Shown piece by piece: positions 11,476 to 22,700 of a stretch of DNA of 64,000 bases. The stretch lies in contig MU053216.1 in the NCBI GenBank assembly GCA_013239625.1, forward strand, positions 248,001 through 312,000, written 5' to 3'. Within the stretch, counting starts at the first letter, position 1; each line of letters opens with the position of its first letter. The DNA comes from Lama guanicoe. Taxonomy: Eukaryota. The position numbers and the translations under genes were made by a program. A model generated the notes under the pieces. It worked only from the letters and a program-made list of their open reading frames with translations, was not told where the DNA came from and made no database searches.

Positions 11476-12388
11476 TTACTCCTTTATAAATACTGTTGTG
11501 TTTACAGGCATCATACAGATGTGAATATTATTCCCAAACTTTCAAACACAGAACACTTAATAATAATACTATATAATCACAACCAGTAAAACAAAATCAT
11601 TCATCTCAGGGTTGAAAGGCCACTCAAAATTGCATAAAAGTACATTCAGCTCACAAAGCGAGTCTGGGTCCTCCTTAAGCACCCAGCCCCAGCCCAGGCG
11701 TATTTACAGCGGAGCCGAGTTAAAGCAGCTCCATCTGGTGCTTTCAAGGCAGGACGGCAGGCCCGGGGGAGGGGCGACATGGCCAGAGACAAATGCTGCC
11801 CTGCAGCGGGGAATGGAGACCCCCAGGTAGCTCCCAAGAGCTCTTCCCCGCAGATCAAAGTGATGGGGGGGGCGGGGGGAGGGACCAGGAAGCTGCGGCC
11901 TGAGTCAACCAGAGAACAGGCAACAGGCGTCTCCCCCACGGGATGGGGGCACAGTCCCTCCCTCCTTGACCTGGGTGCCAGCCAAGGGGCAGCCTCAGCC
12001 TTCCAGGGGCCCAAGGGGCCCTCCCACCCCTGCAGCCCACCCCCCAGGGTCCAGGGGAGCTGGCACCCAGCCTGCCTCACGTCCAGGACCCGCACACACC
12101 CCCGTGGAGGCCTTCCCCGCATCCGCTCCTGCGAGGCAGTGCCGGCTGAGCTGCCTCCCCAGACCCACTGATGGGTTGAGCTGCTCTCCCGAGGAGACCC
12201 AGCCTGTCTCTGACTGGAAAGAGGGCCAAGTGGACCATGGCCAGGCCTCACAGCCAGGGAGCTCTGGACCTGGAAAAGCAGTGTGTGCTCCTCCAGGAAC
12301 CAGGCTGATGTGAGGACGCCTCCCCTCCTAAGTGAGGAGAGGAGGAAGCACGTGGGGGCAGACAAGGAGCAGGGAGGGTGAAGGTGTG

Positions 12389-12394
12389 TTTATT
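12389..12394 (-). terminator. PPP1R12B: Candidate proximal PPP1R12B polyadenylation signal (AATAAA on -)
   Basis: + strand tttatt in the 3'UTR region. Confidence 0.45.
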
Positions 12395-15300
12395 TCAGGG
12401 GATGTGCGAGCACCCTGATGTCACCTTCCAGGGCTACCCAAGGGAAGGTTTACTGGGAGTGCCAGGACAGACTTACAGTCCAAACGAAGAGCCGGCTAAT
12501 CAAAGCAGCTCAGAGAGGAGCCGGCTGGGGTAGGGGGCTGGGGGCGGGCAAAGAGAGGGGTTAACAGAACACGCGTGGACAGAACCGGGCCATCAGGAAC
12601 ACGCCCAACTGTGCTCTGAAATCTCGGGACAGCCAGCGTGTGTGCGCACACGGGCTGGGAACAGGGTGGCCCCCAAGTGAGAATGGAACAGCCCTGGGGG
12701 TCGGAGTCTGCCTCCAGCTCCTGGGCACCTGCTTCAACCTGACGACCAACCACAGCCCTCACAGAGCGATGCCGACACAGCTCCTGGGCCACAGTGAAGC
12801 GGACCCACTTTCCAGTCTCACCAGTGCGTGGTCAACAGCAGTCACTGACAGGCCCTGCTGCTCCTGAGACACCCGGGGGAGCAGACGAAGTCACCCATGA
12901 GGCAGCCCCCACCCCAGGCCCCAACCTTCGTCTGCCAGCGCTCACAACTGGGCCTCTTCCTACCTCCAGAGCCGCCGGTGCTGCCACCCATCCAGAGCTG
13001 GGTGCTGACCTACGCAACTCGGTTGCGCGGGCTCGGAGGTGTGAACTCAGGGCCCTGGTGTCTCCACTGCAGGCCGGCTCCCGCTGCCGACAGCCCACGT
13101 CCAGATCTGACAGATCAGCAGGACACAGGTGGGGCTTCCATCAGGGGAGGTGCTCCTGCTGCTCAGGGCAGACCTGAGACTGAGCCGGCCGGGTAGAGAA
13201 ACACCGCCTGCAGCCTGGACGCCCGGAGCCGCGTGCCCACACTCGACACGGCCCAGGAGAGGCATGCAGGACACGAGGCAGCAGCTCTCCCCACCCCACA
13301 AACTGGTTCCTGCCCGTGTCCACCTCCTCTGGCCTCTGCGCTCCTGCACCCACCCAGCCCTCGGGAGGAGAGTGGTGACCCGGCACCGAGTCCACCCTCC
13401 AACCCGATGTGCTCTCAGTTTGAGTCGAGAAGAAAACAAGAATTCTTAAACTTAGAAAGAGCAAAACTTCTGAATTTGAGAATGTTATCTCCCAGGAATA
13501 AACGAATCAGAGTTTCAAGCACAGAGGGGCGGGGTGCCCATCCCAGCCTCACTTCAGACGGGCCACGCGCTAGAGCCCAGGGAACCCAGACGTTCTGATC
13601 GCTGGGTCCCTCCACACTGCCTCACTTACTGGGTCAGGGGCTCACGTCCTCTGAGGTGCTGAAACCTGACTTAAAAACCAGCATGGGGACCAAGATCTGC
13701 AGAAGCAGCTGGGCCCAGGACCTCCTGTGACTGACAACAGGGTCAGGGAGGGAAGGACACCAGCGGGACCAGGAGCCCCCTCTTGACTCAGCTGACACCC
13801 TCCCTTTCAAGGTGCAAAGCTGAGTAACTGCAGTGCCGCCCCGTGGCCACCTTGCAACAAAGGCCAGCAGCTGGGACCCTCTGCCCCATGACCTGGCTGA
13901 AATGCTGGCCCTTCTCGTGTCTGTTTTGGCGGGGAGAGGCTGCACGGGGGTCCGACATCCAGAGACGGAATCGAGTGCCCGGCTCCTCAAACTGCTGCTC
14001 TCAGTTCTGCTCCAGTAAAGGCCCTGGTGCAGGAATAGGAGTCCACGCGCCTCTGTGGGGCCCACGCCTCCTCCCTCCCTGAGCAGAGCTAACACGCACA
14101 CGTCCGATCAGGGCAGGGGAGTGGATCAAAGGACCCCCAACAAAAACCTGAGCCCTCCCCCACCAGAGGCTGCCGAGACACGTGCATCTTGGCCTCAGAC
14201 AAGGAGTGGGTGTGGGAGAGGCCTGGGAGGCCCTAGGAGAGCACATGCCCATGGGCAGGAAGAGGAGGCGGGTGGGAGGCTCTGGGGTCCAGACGAGACT
14301 GCCCAGCGGAGTCAGGGCCCCGATCGGCTGGGCCTGGGGCTGGGGTCCTTGTGCCCAGGAGCCCCAAGGAAGGAGAAGTGGCCTTGGAAGACACGGAGCC
14401 GAAGCTCAGGCCAGAGACGCTCGGGAATGGCCGGTCCTCACTCCCACAGGTGCAGCGAACCAACGAGGAGGACCCTCCACCCGATGCTGATGCCCCTAGC
14501 CAGACCTGCGGTGACCAGGTGGGCTGCCACCAGGCCCACCGCCCCTGCAGCAGCACAGCTTGAAGAAACGGGACCGCAGCCTCTGGAAGAGACGGAGTTG
14601 AGAGTCCACCTAACAAAGTGAATTGCATACGAGAGAGCTCCTGAGGTCGTGGGAGGGTTTACACCGTCCTGAGCTCCAGCCACAGAGCCCAGCGGTCCTG
14701 AGGGGAAGGCCTGTGTGACAGAAGGCTGCGAGCGTGCAGGACATGCCGCCGGGCTCTGGAGCCGCCCACACTCCTGAAAGGCACCGACCGAGCCGGGGAG
14801 CTCCCTGCAGCCCCTCGCCTCGCCTGTCTACGCAAGAGGGTCAAAGTGCTTTCTAGTAAGTTGATTTTCTTTTCCTGAGAAAGAGGCAGCAGGCACACCA
14901 GTCCTGCCCCAACACCCAGGACGGAGCAGACGCTTGTGGTGCAAGGTTCGAACTTCAGTCTCATCAGCGTCCCCGAGACAACACAAAGCCTCACCGGCCG
15001 TCACTGCCGTTAGATAACGGCTGGACGTGGAAGAGGGTGGGTACTCTAGGAAAAGGGGTTTTGTCAGAGGAGACGTGTTCCCTGCTCTGGGTTTGGGACC
15101 TTGGATTATAGCTTCTGAGTTAAAGAGCACATGATGTCTCTGAGGGCCAGGGAGAACATTTCATTTTCCAGAGAGAAAAAACGGACAGAGGTAGCGTGTA
15201 TTGAGAACAGACCACTACACCCTGAATGTCACCAGCAACCCTAACATGACCTGCACACTCAAGATAAACCAACCATGGAATAAAGCTCCCACCACGAGCA

Positions 15301-16706
15301 GGTGCTTACGTACTAATGCTGGGTCATCGCCAAGAACTAGCAATTTAACTTCGGCTGGACTAAAGGAGCTGTCTGTCCAATACTAATTTTAAAAGGTGGA
15401 TTTTGTTCAGAGAACAGCGAGACGGGACAGGCGTGAAAGACACGTGGGCAACGATTCACAGGATGGGGTGTCCCCTGGAAGGAGACCACGGGTCAGCAAC
15501 CGCCCAGGCCCACGAGGCTGCCGTGCTAGAGGAACCCCGGACAGTCAGCCGAGTCCACGGAAGGCTCCATGCACGTGAGGAACCCTTTCCACTACCAGAG
15601 TGGCCCAGCTCTCGAGGAATACGCGCACAGCCACCAGAGGCTACCTGGCCGGGGTCGAGGGGCAGGGCTTCCCCAGGACCCCAGGCCTCCCCACGCCAGG
15701 ACTCCGCGACTCACTGAGGGTTTTAAAGTGACTCATCCTTTTAACCCTCTGTTGTGAAGTCACTTCTCCCGCTGGTGTCTCAGAAGACAAGCACCTCTCC
15801 CCTAGATCCCGCCCCAGAGTCACCAAGGTCATGGCCACCCTCAAGCACAGCGGCTCTCATCCTCCGTTTCTTGTCATGAGGGTGCAGTGGCCTCGGACCT
15901 CCCTCCACCCAGTGCATCTCTGTCCCCCACGCCCCCCACCTCCACGCCTCCTGCAATGGCGTGGTTTCTCCGCCGGAGCAGGAGGAGGTCAGGGGAGGCA
16001 GGGCAGTGGGTGTGCAGAGAGCAGACTTTCTCATGAGGAAACTCGTGTGAGATGAGAGGGCAGCTGCATCGCAGGGAGAGGCCAGGGGCCTCCAAGGCTA
16101 AGAGCCAGCATCAGGGGCCTGACCCAGGTCTATACCACACAGCACGCGGGCTGGGGCATCATGGAGAAAGGACAGAAAGGGTCCAGGGCTCCCCGCGCCC
16201 TGGGGAGAGGGCGTTAAGACCACCCGGGTGTCACCACCGGCAGCAGCGGGGAGCTAGAGAAGTCAGTTCCTGAGAGGACCCCAGTGCAGAGTCACTGTCA
16301 CCTTGGGATCTACCAAGCGGCTCGAAGGCGGCCTGACGTGTCCCAGCGCTGGGGCTCCTCCTGCCTCCTGGACAGGGTCCCCGTGGGGGCCCACGGGGAC
16401 AGCGTAGGGCTGGGCTACTGGCCCAGGCAGAGGCCCAGCACATCTGGACCAAATCCAACGTGGACGAGGAGCTGGCAGCAGGTGCGGGGATCCTTCACAC
16501 AGGACGGACCCTCCAGCCCAAGGGACCGCAACTGGGGTCCACTGAAACTGTGCTCAGACCTGGCGGGGGCTGGAGGGCGGGGCACCGACAGGGCAGAGGC
16601 GGCGCGTGGAGGGCCCAGAGCCAGGGCCTCCAGCAAACACCGCTTCTCTTGCTGGAGGGGAGGCGGGGGCGGCGGGCTGTCCTCACCCTCCAAGCCAGAG
16701 ACACGT

Positions 16707-16793
16707 CTATTTGGACAATTTGCTGATGACTCTGATGAGGGCGCCGTTCTCATCCTTCAGCCTCTGGTTGTCAGACTTCAGTTCCGTCAGGAC
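16707..16793 (-). CDS. PPP1R12B: PPP1R12B terminal exon, canonical leucine zipper
   Basis: cag|GTCCTGACG...TCCAAA TAG; encodes [28 protein letters not shown]. Confidence 0.96.
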   Translation of the reverse strand, partial: VLTELKSDNQRLKDENGALIRVISKLSK

Positions 16794-19700
16794 CTGTGAG
16801 GCGAGAGAAGGGGCGTCAGGGCCTGGTGACCGCCTCCGGGCCCGGCCAGCTGGCCGGCCAGCCCACTGAGGGGGCTCCCTGGGGCCTTCCTGATCACTGA
16901 GGGGCCGTGGCCCTTGGCCTGCGACACACAGGCATAAGATCCTGCTTCTCCATCTGGGAACAAGTGACGATGGCTCCCGCCCCAGCCCATCTCTGGTCCA
17001 GAGGAACTGGGGAGCCCAGGGAGCTGGGAAGACTCGGGAAGGGACTCAGGAGGGATCGCCGGGGTCGACGGGCAGAGTGAGAGGGATGCTGTCAGAACAG
17101 ACGCTGGTGGGCTTCCCCTCCTGCCCACGAGACGGCTGCAGGGTCCTGCGTCTTGTGCTTTCCGTGGTAGAATCACACCGATTCCAACCGCTAGAGCCCA
17201 GGTGTACGTGCCCTGAGGGGCCCCGGGCCGCGGCAGCTGGGGGGAGCTGTCCACTCCAGCAGTCCTGCCGCTTTGAACATCACAGAGCTCCCACTGCAAA
17301 GCATGGGGAGGTCAGGCACTCAAGCCGAAGTCTGAAGAGGGGCGTGGTGAGGACACAGTCTGTGTGTGACCGTGGTGGCAGCAAGAGTGAGGTCAGAGAG
17401 CAAATGCTTCTTCACCACAAAGGTGCCAGAATCTACACCCAGGTCTGTTCATTGCACATGTCCTCTCACCGGTCACCCGGACCCACTGGACTCCAAGGCA
17501 TGCGACGCCCCAGCTTCAACCCAGTTCTGCTCTGTGGTCAACCACTCAGGGATCAGTCAGATGCCGGCAAGAATGGGGCTGTTCCCTCACTGCTTCGTGG
17601 AGGATGGAGGTCCAGGTGTGAGAGATGCGTGTGCGTGGACCGCACACTCAGGGACTTGGTATCCAGGGACAGAGGACACAGGATGGAAGGCGAGGGGGGG
17701 CTCCACTTCACAGCCCCAAGTGAGAGCTGGTTACCACGCGTCCACAGGTGATGCGGTGAGGACTGTCGTTACCGGTCCAGGCACCCAGCTGTTAAATGGC
17801 GAAGCTGACGCTGACCCTAAAGGTCACTCCTTTGGCACCAGGTGGCCTGAGGGTGGAAACAAAGCACAAGCCCAGAGGCCAAGACTCCGGCAGCGCCGTC
17901 GTTACCGATGCCCCGCGCCACGCCAGGCGCACTCCTCTCCTCTCTGGGTTTCCTTCCTGCACCTAGAAGAGGGTGGCCCTGTGCACCCGCGGACACCACA
18001 CTGTGCGCTGCAGGACCCAGAACTCCTCCCCCCTGGGGCACGGGTGGGCACGTGGGTGTTCACACATGCCACTAAGAGGATATCAATCCAGAAAATGTCA
18101 AACTAGACCTTTAGTACCTCTGACCTGCCTCTCCCCAGCTCCATCAGAGCCACCGGCTGGCCCCTTCCGACTCCATGCCTTGGCCTCAACCCCCGGAACG
18201 AGAGCTCAGGACTCGAGCCAAGAGGGTTTTAGGACAAATCCACCCAGGATGGCCCCCAGGTCCTGCAGCGGGGCACAGAGGACGTGCTGTGTGGGACAGC
18301 TGCACGTCACTGAGGGCGGCTCAAGTCGGATCTGACCCCCCGCCCCATAAAAAGTGTACAGACACGCCGTTGAGCCTGGGAGGCTTACTTCTACGTTAAG
18401 AACTTCACTCTTTGGGAAAAAAGTTGGACAAAGCAGTTTCCCAGCTGCCCCACACGACCACCGGCATCTTGGGGGAGTCGGAGAGCAGGAGTGGAACGCA
18501 GGGGCCGCAGGGAAGCCTCCTGTCTCAGCAGAGCAAGGAGGAAGTGGAAGGGCATCTGGGGCCCACTCGAAGCCAACAGACGGTTAAGTAAAAACACGTG
18601 AAAGCTCTACGCACACGCGGTTTAACGCCGCCTCCTCGTTCCTGGAAGGCCAGTTTACCACAGCTTGACTTTAAGGCCGACGCACATCTTCTCAGACAGG
18701 GCTGCTTCTAACTCCACAGGGAGCGCGGCAGAGAGGAGGGCGGGGCCCACGTACTGAGAGAAGGTGTCTTCTCCAGGGTTATCAGGAACCAAAACACCAA
18801 CCCCCAACCCGAGAGGCAGGCAAACCCCCCTCCGCTGGTCCGGCTTCTCCCTTGGCAGGGACGGCAAGCTACTCCTGGAAAGCGCTAGGTGGAGAGCAGG
18901 GGGTCTGGAGCCCCGTGGTCACTGCTGCCGTGGCACAGAGGCACCCATGGACACACCGACACGTGGACAACGGCCAGCTCACTCCAGGCAAACTTCACTT
19001 CCAGACACTGAACGTTGACTCCGCGGGATTTTCATGTGTCATGAGACACTCCTTGCCTTCTGACTTCTTCCATCTAACTGGCTGTGAGCCCCATGGGCGG
19101 CCGGAGCCCGCTGGCCCTGCTGGGGAAGGTCTCCGCATGGCAGAACCTTCTGGAAGTGAGACCCCCGCTGCTGGGGTCTGGGGCCTGCACTCTTGGTTTG
19201 CGTGTTGGTCCCACCACGTACTCTCTGAGTGACCTCGGGCAAGTTACTTAATCTATGACTCAGTTTTTCAACACGACAGATGACTGTTCTGGGGAATAAA
19301 TGAAAACAGCAAATGCAGCAGTCAGCACGGGCCTCTGCGGGCACAGCGGTCACTGTGTCCTCAGCTCCATAAGCTCGAGCTCCAGCTTCACCTCCTGCCA
19401 CGCTGTCCCGCACGAGGAGAACCAGGAAGAACTGGAGGGTGTCTAGGGGTCCCCAGTTCGCCCGAGTCGGATATGGTTGATCTCAGGGCGTGGAGGTCGG
19501 CCCTGATGCGTGCTGGCCAGTGGGTGGGTGAGCTGTGGGGTCTGGCCCAGGAGCCCCGCCTCTGCCCTGAGCGACAGCATCTCAGCCTGACGTTAGCTCT
19601 ACCACCCCCGCCCCGGGATGCAGGTGCATCAGATCCCGGAGTTAGTTACCAGCAGCTGACCCTGAGGGCACAAGCAACAGGCAGAAATCAGCAGGCCCAG

Positions 19701-22700
19701 TGGGGACCAGGGGGAACTCATTTTGGACCGTGAGCCCTCAGCAGCCCCCGCGCCGTCAGGATGGACACGCGCCACCTGTGAGCTTGTTTTTCAGACCTGC
19801 AGCCAGGGAGAGGCTCCCAGTTCTCACGCTGGCCGTGGGCGCCTGCCACCTCCATGCAAAGCCCCCTGTCCGGGAGGGCACATCTCCAGGCCCAGATCTG
19901 TGACAGGGAGGAGACGCAGCCCCCACGGAGGCAGGAGGCCAACCCTGCTGGGTGGTGGGTGGGAGTGGGGCAGCCCCCACCCCCAGCCCCAGCCCTCCGC
20001 CTGGTACCCAGCGCTGAGGTCCTCAGCCCCGGCAGCACCACAGAGCCAACAGGGAGCTTTGTGCAAATACTGCCGCCCGGGTCTTGCCCGGACCACCAAG
20101 CCTGGGCAGTGCCCCCACCGTGGTTCCGTCACCTGCTCCAGGGACAAGGCTGCGCGTGGGTGGTTGCTGACGAGAAAGCCAGACCTCGTCCGACAGGGAC
20201 CCCCCCACCCTGACACGTGACCCCTGTCCAGTCTCGAGGGCCAGTCTCACCACACAGCCTGCTGCCCCAGGCAAGGCCCTACCCCGGGGTCTTGGCCCCA
20301 GCTCGTCGGTCTCCAGACCTCTGACCTTCACAGGAGTCTGCGTGGGAGGCTCGGGGTGGGGGCAAGGCTTGGGACCAACAGGAGAGTGAACCTGCCTGGC
20401 GTGGAGGAGGGGAGTGAGGTGGAGAAGGGGCAGGACTAGAGCCCCTGGGGTTCCGAGCACTCGACGGACTCCGAGAGCCTGGCCACGACTCGGGTCAGGG
20501 CCCTGTTCTCAGCCTGCAGCTGCTCGTTCATCTGCTTCAAGGTCTGAATCTGTTTTAGCTGATGGAGGTTCTGTGGAAAGTGAGACACGAAGGGACAGAC
20601 AGACAGACCAGAGGAGATAAAGTGGGACAAAGAAATCACATGATTGTTTTTGTTTTCAGTTCGCATGCAAAAGGACAGGAGAGAGGCAGGTGTGTGGTGA
20701 GGGGCGGGGGCTGAGGTCTGTGTGTGCCGGAGTCAGCCCCGGGGCTTCCGGTGAGCGCATCTGGACTGCCGCTGAGAACCGTGTGCCGGGGCCCTGCTCC
20801 AGCGGGTGGGGGCTCAGTGGTTCAGTGCGGCCCCCTCCCCCTCTGCTCATTCTTCTCCTTGACCCGGCCCATTACTCACACTCCTTTCTGGGTCCTTCTC
20901 TTACCTCACTTATTTTTCACTTTAAAAAATAAAATAAAACCAGGAAAGAAAAAGGGCCTGTTGCTTCGACACATGCGGCACCCCCTGCAGCCCCAGCTTG
21001 TCTTGAGTTCACGACCGCCAACCTGCCTGCGCTGCTCGGGGGCCTGCACCATGAGTCCACGGCCCAGCCCGCTCTCTGTTGGCTCGCGGGGAGGCTGGCA
21101 GCAGCCTGGAGGTGCCCCAGAAGGGCTCCCACTGGGGAAATGACAGCTGTGTACTCGAGCTGGGGTCACGAGCTGGGGAAGATGGCTGGGGGCCACATTG
21201 GCCCAGCCCTTGCCTCTTAGTGGTGTGAACGGAGCGGAATAGCCAGCCCTGGGTGTTCCTCCTAGTCCCTCGTGTCCATGAAGGAGCCAGGCCGCTGACC
21301 CTGAAGCTGAGACTGTCAGCTCCTGGGAGGAGGACACGGTTCTGTTATGTGAATGGGGCTTTGTGGATGAAGACAACAGTCCGGTGGGTCTCAGGGAGGT
21401 CACTGGGCACTGGAGAGAAGCCTGCCGTACTCACAGGGACAGAAGGATGGAAATGGAAGGTCGTAGGAGTTACAGGTGTTCGAGGACAAGCAAGGATGTG
21501 AGAGACAGCGCGAAGGGGAAACAGTGAAAAGGAAACACAACAGAGACAAAAGTGCAGACTCGCCCCCCTCGACTGGGGTCATGGGGGTCACCACTTCGGG
21601 AAGAAGGGCGGGTGGGTGGTCCCGAGTCGTGGAGAGGACAGAGGAGGAGCTATGGGCGGCCTGAGGGGAGATCTAAACAGGTGGGCAGGGCACAGACTGA
21701 AAAACCAGTGGGAAGCCCTGGCTCCCGCCCCTCCCTGGGGTGGACACGGGACCACAGCTGCCAACAGGGGACATGAAGTGGTCCTTGCCTCCAAGGGAGC
21801 AACACTGAACTGTGAGAATGGCTCGGCCCACTGTGTGCACACAGCAGACGGAGGGGAGGAGGGCGGAGGTTACCAGCAGTGGGGCAGGGGCAGGACTGAG
21901 AACAAGGCGGAGCTGGGGGGTCAGCCAGGGCTGCTTCCAGAGCAAGTAAAACACAAAATCCAAGACCCACCTGAAGGGGCTGGGGAAGGGGACCAGAGGA
22001 GGTGTGGGGAGGAGGGGGAGGGGCACGGAGAAGAGCTCGCCTCTGACGTGGGCCCCCCAACGCCCGTCAGAGGCCGGCATATAATCCTGCTGCAACTGCG
22101 CCTGAGTGGCTTCTCCTGGGGAGACCCACAACACTCACCTCCAAGTAAAGCCCAGACGGGCACAAGCCATGTCAATCCACGGAGCCCACGTCCCCTGGCC
22201 TTCACTCGCCAGGGGCAGGAGAGCGGGTGCGACTCCCTCTCTGTCCCTGCGCACCTACTATACCCGCAAGGTTCCCTGGAGGTTGATGCCCACCACCCCT
22301 ACCGAGGGCTCCGGGTCTGAGCATCCATATGAACTGAACAGGCCCACTGGGCCCCAGGTGTGACGGGTCAGTGATCTGTGCTGCTGCTGGCCCGCTGCCA
22401 AGAACACGAAGATGCTGTCCCCACGGGCTGCAGTCCGGAAGAGCCTCAGAACTAACCAAGCACCTCCCTAACCTCCCTGGGGCCCACTCGCCAACGCTAC
22501 GGCGTGCGAGCCTGAGTATCCAACACCCCCAAGAATGGTCCAGATGCAAACACACCCTAAAGTCGGCTGGTGGGCAGCCTGCACGCACCCCTGTCCGCTG
22601 CGTAGGCCTGGCACAGGCTCTGACCTAGCGAACGCGTCCCGGCACAGAGCCAGCAGGTGCTGCTTCCCCAGGGGGCCCTGTGCCTGGCAGCAGGGAGTGA

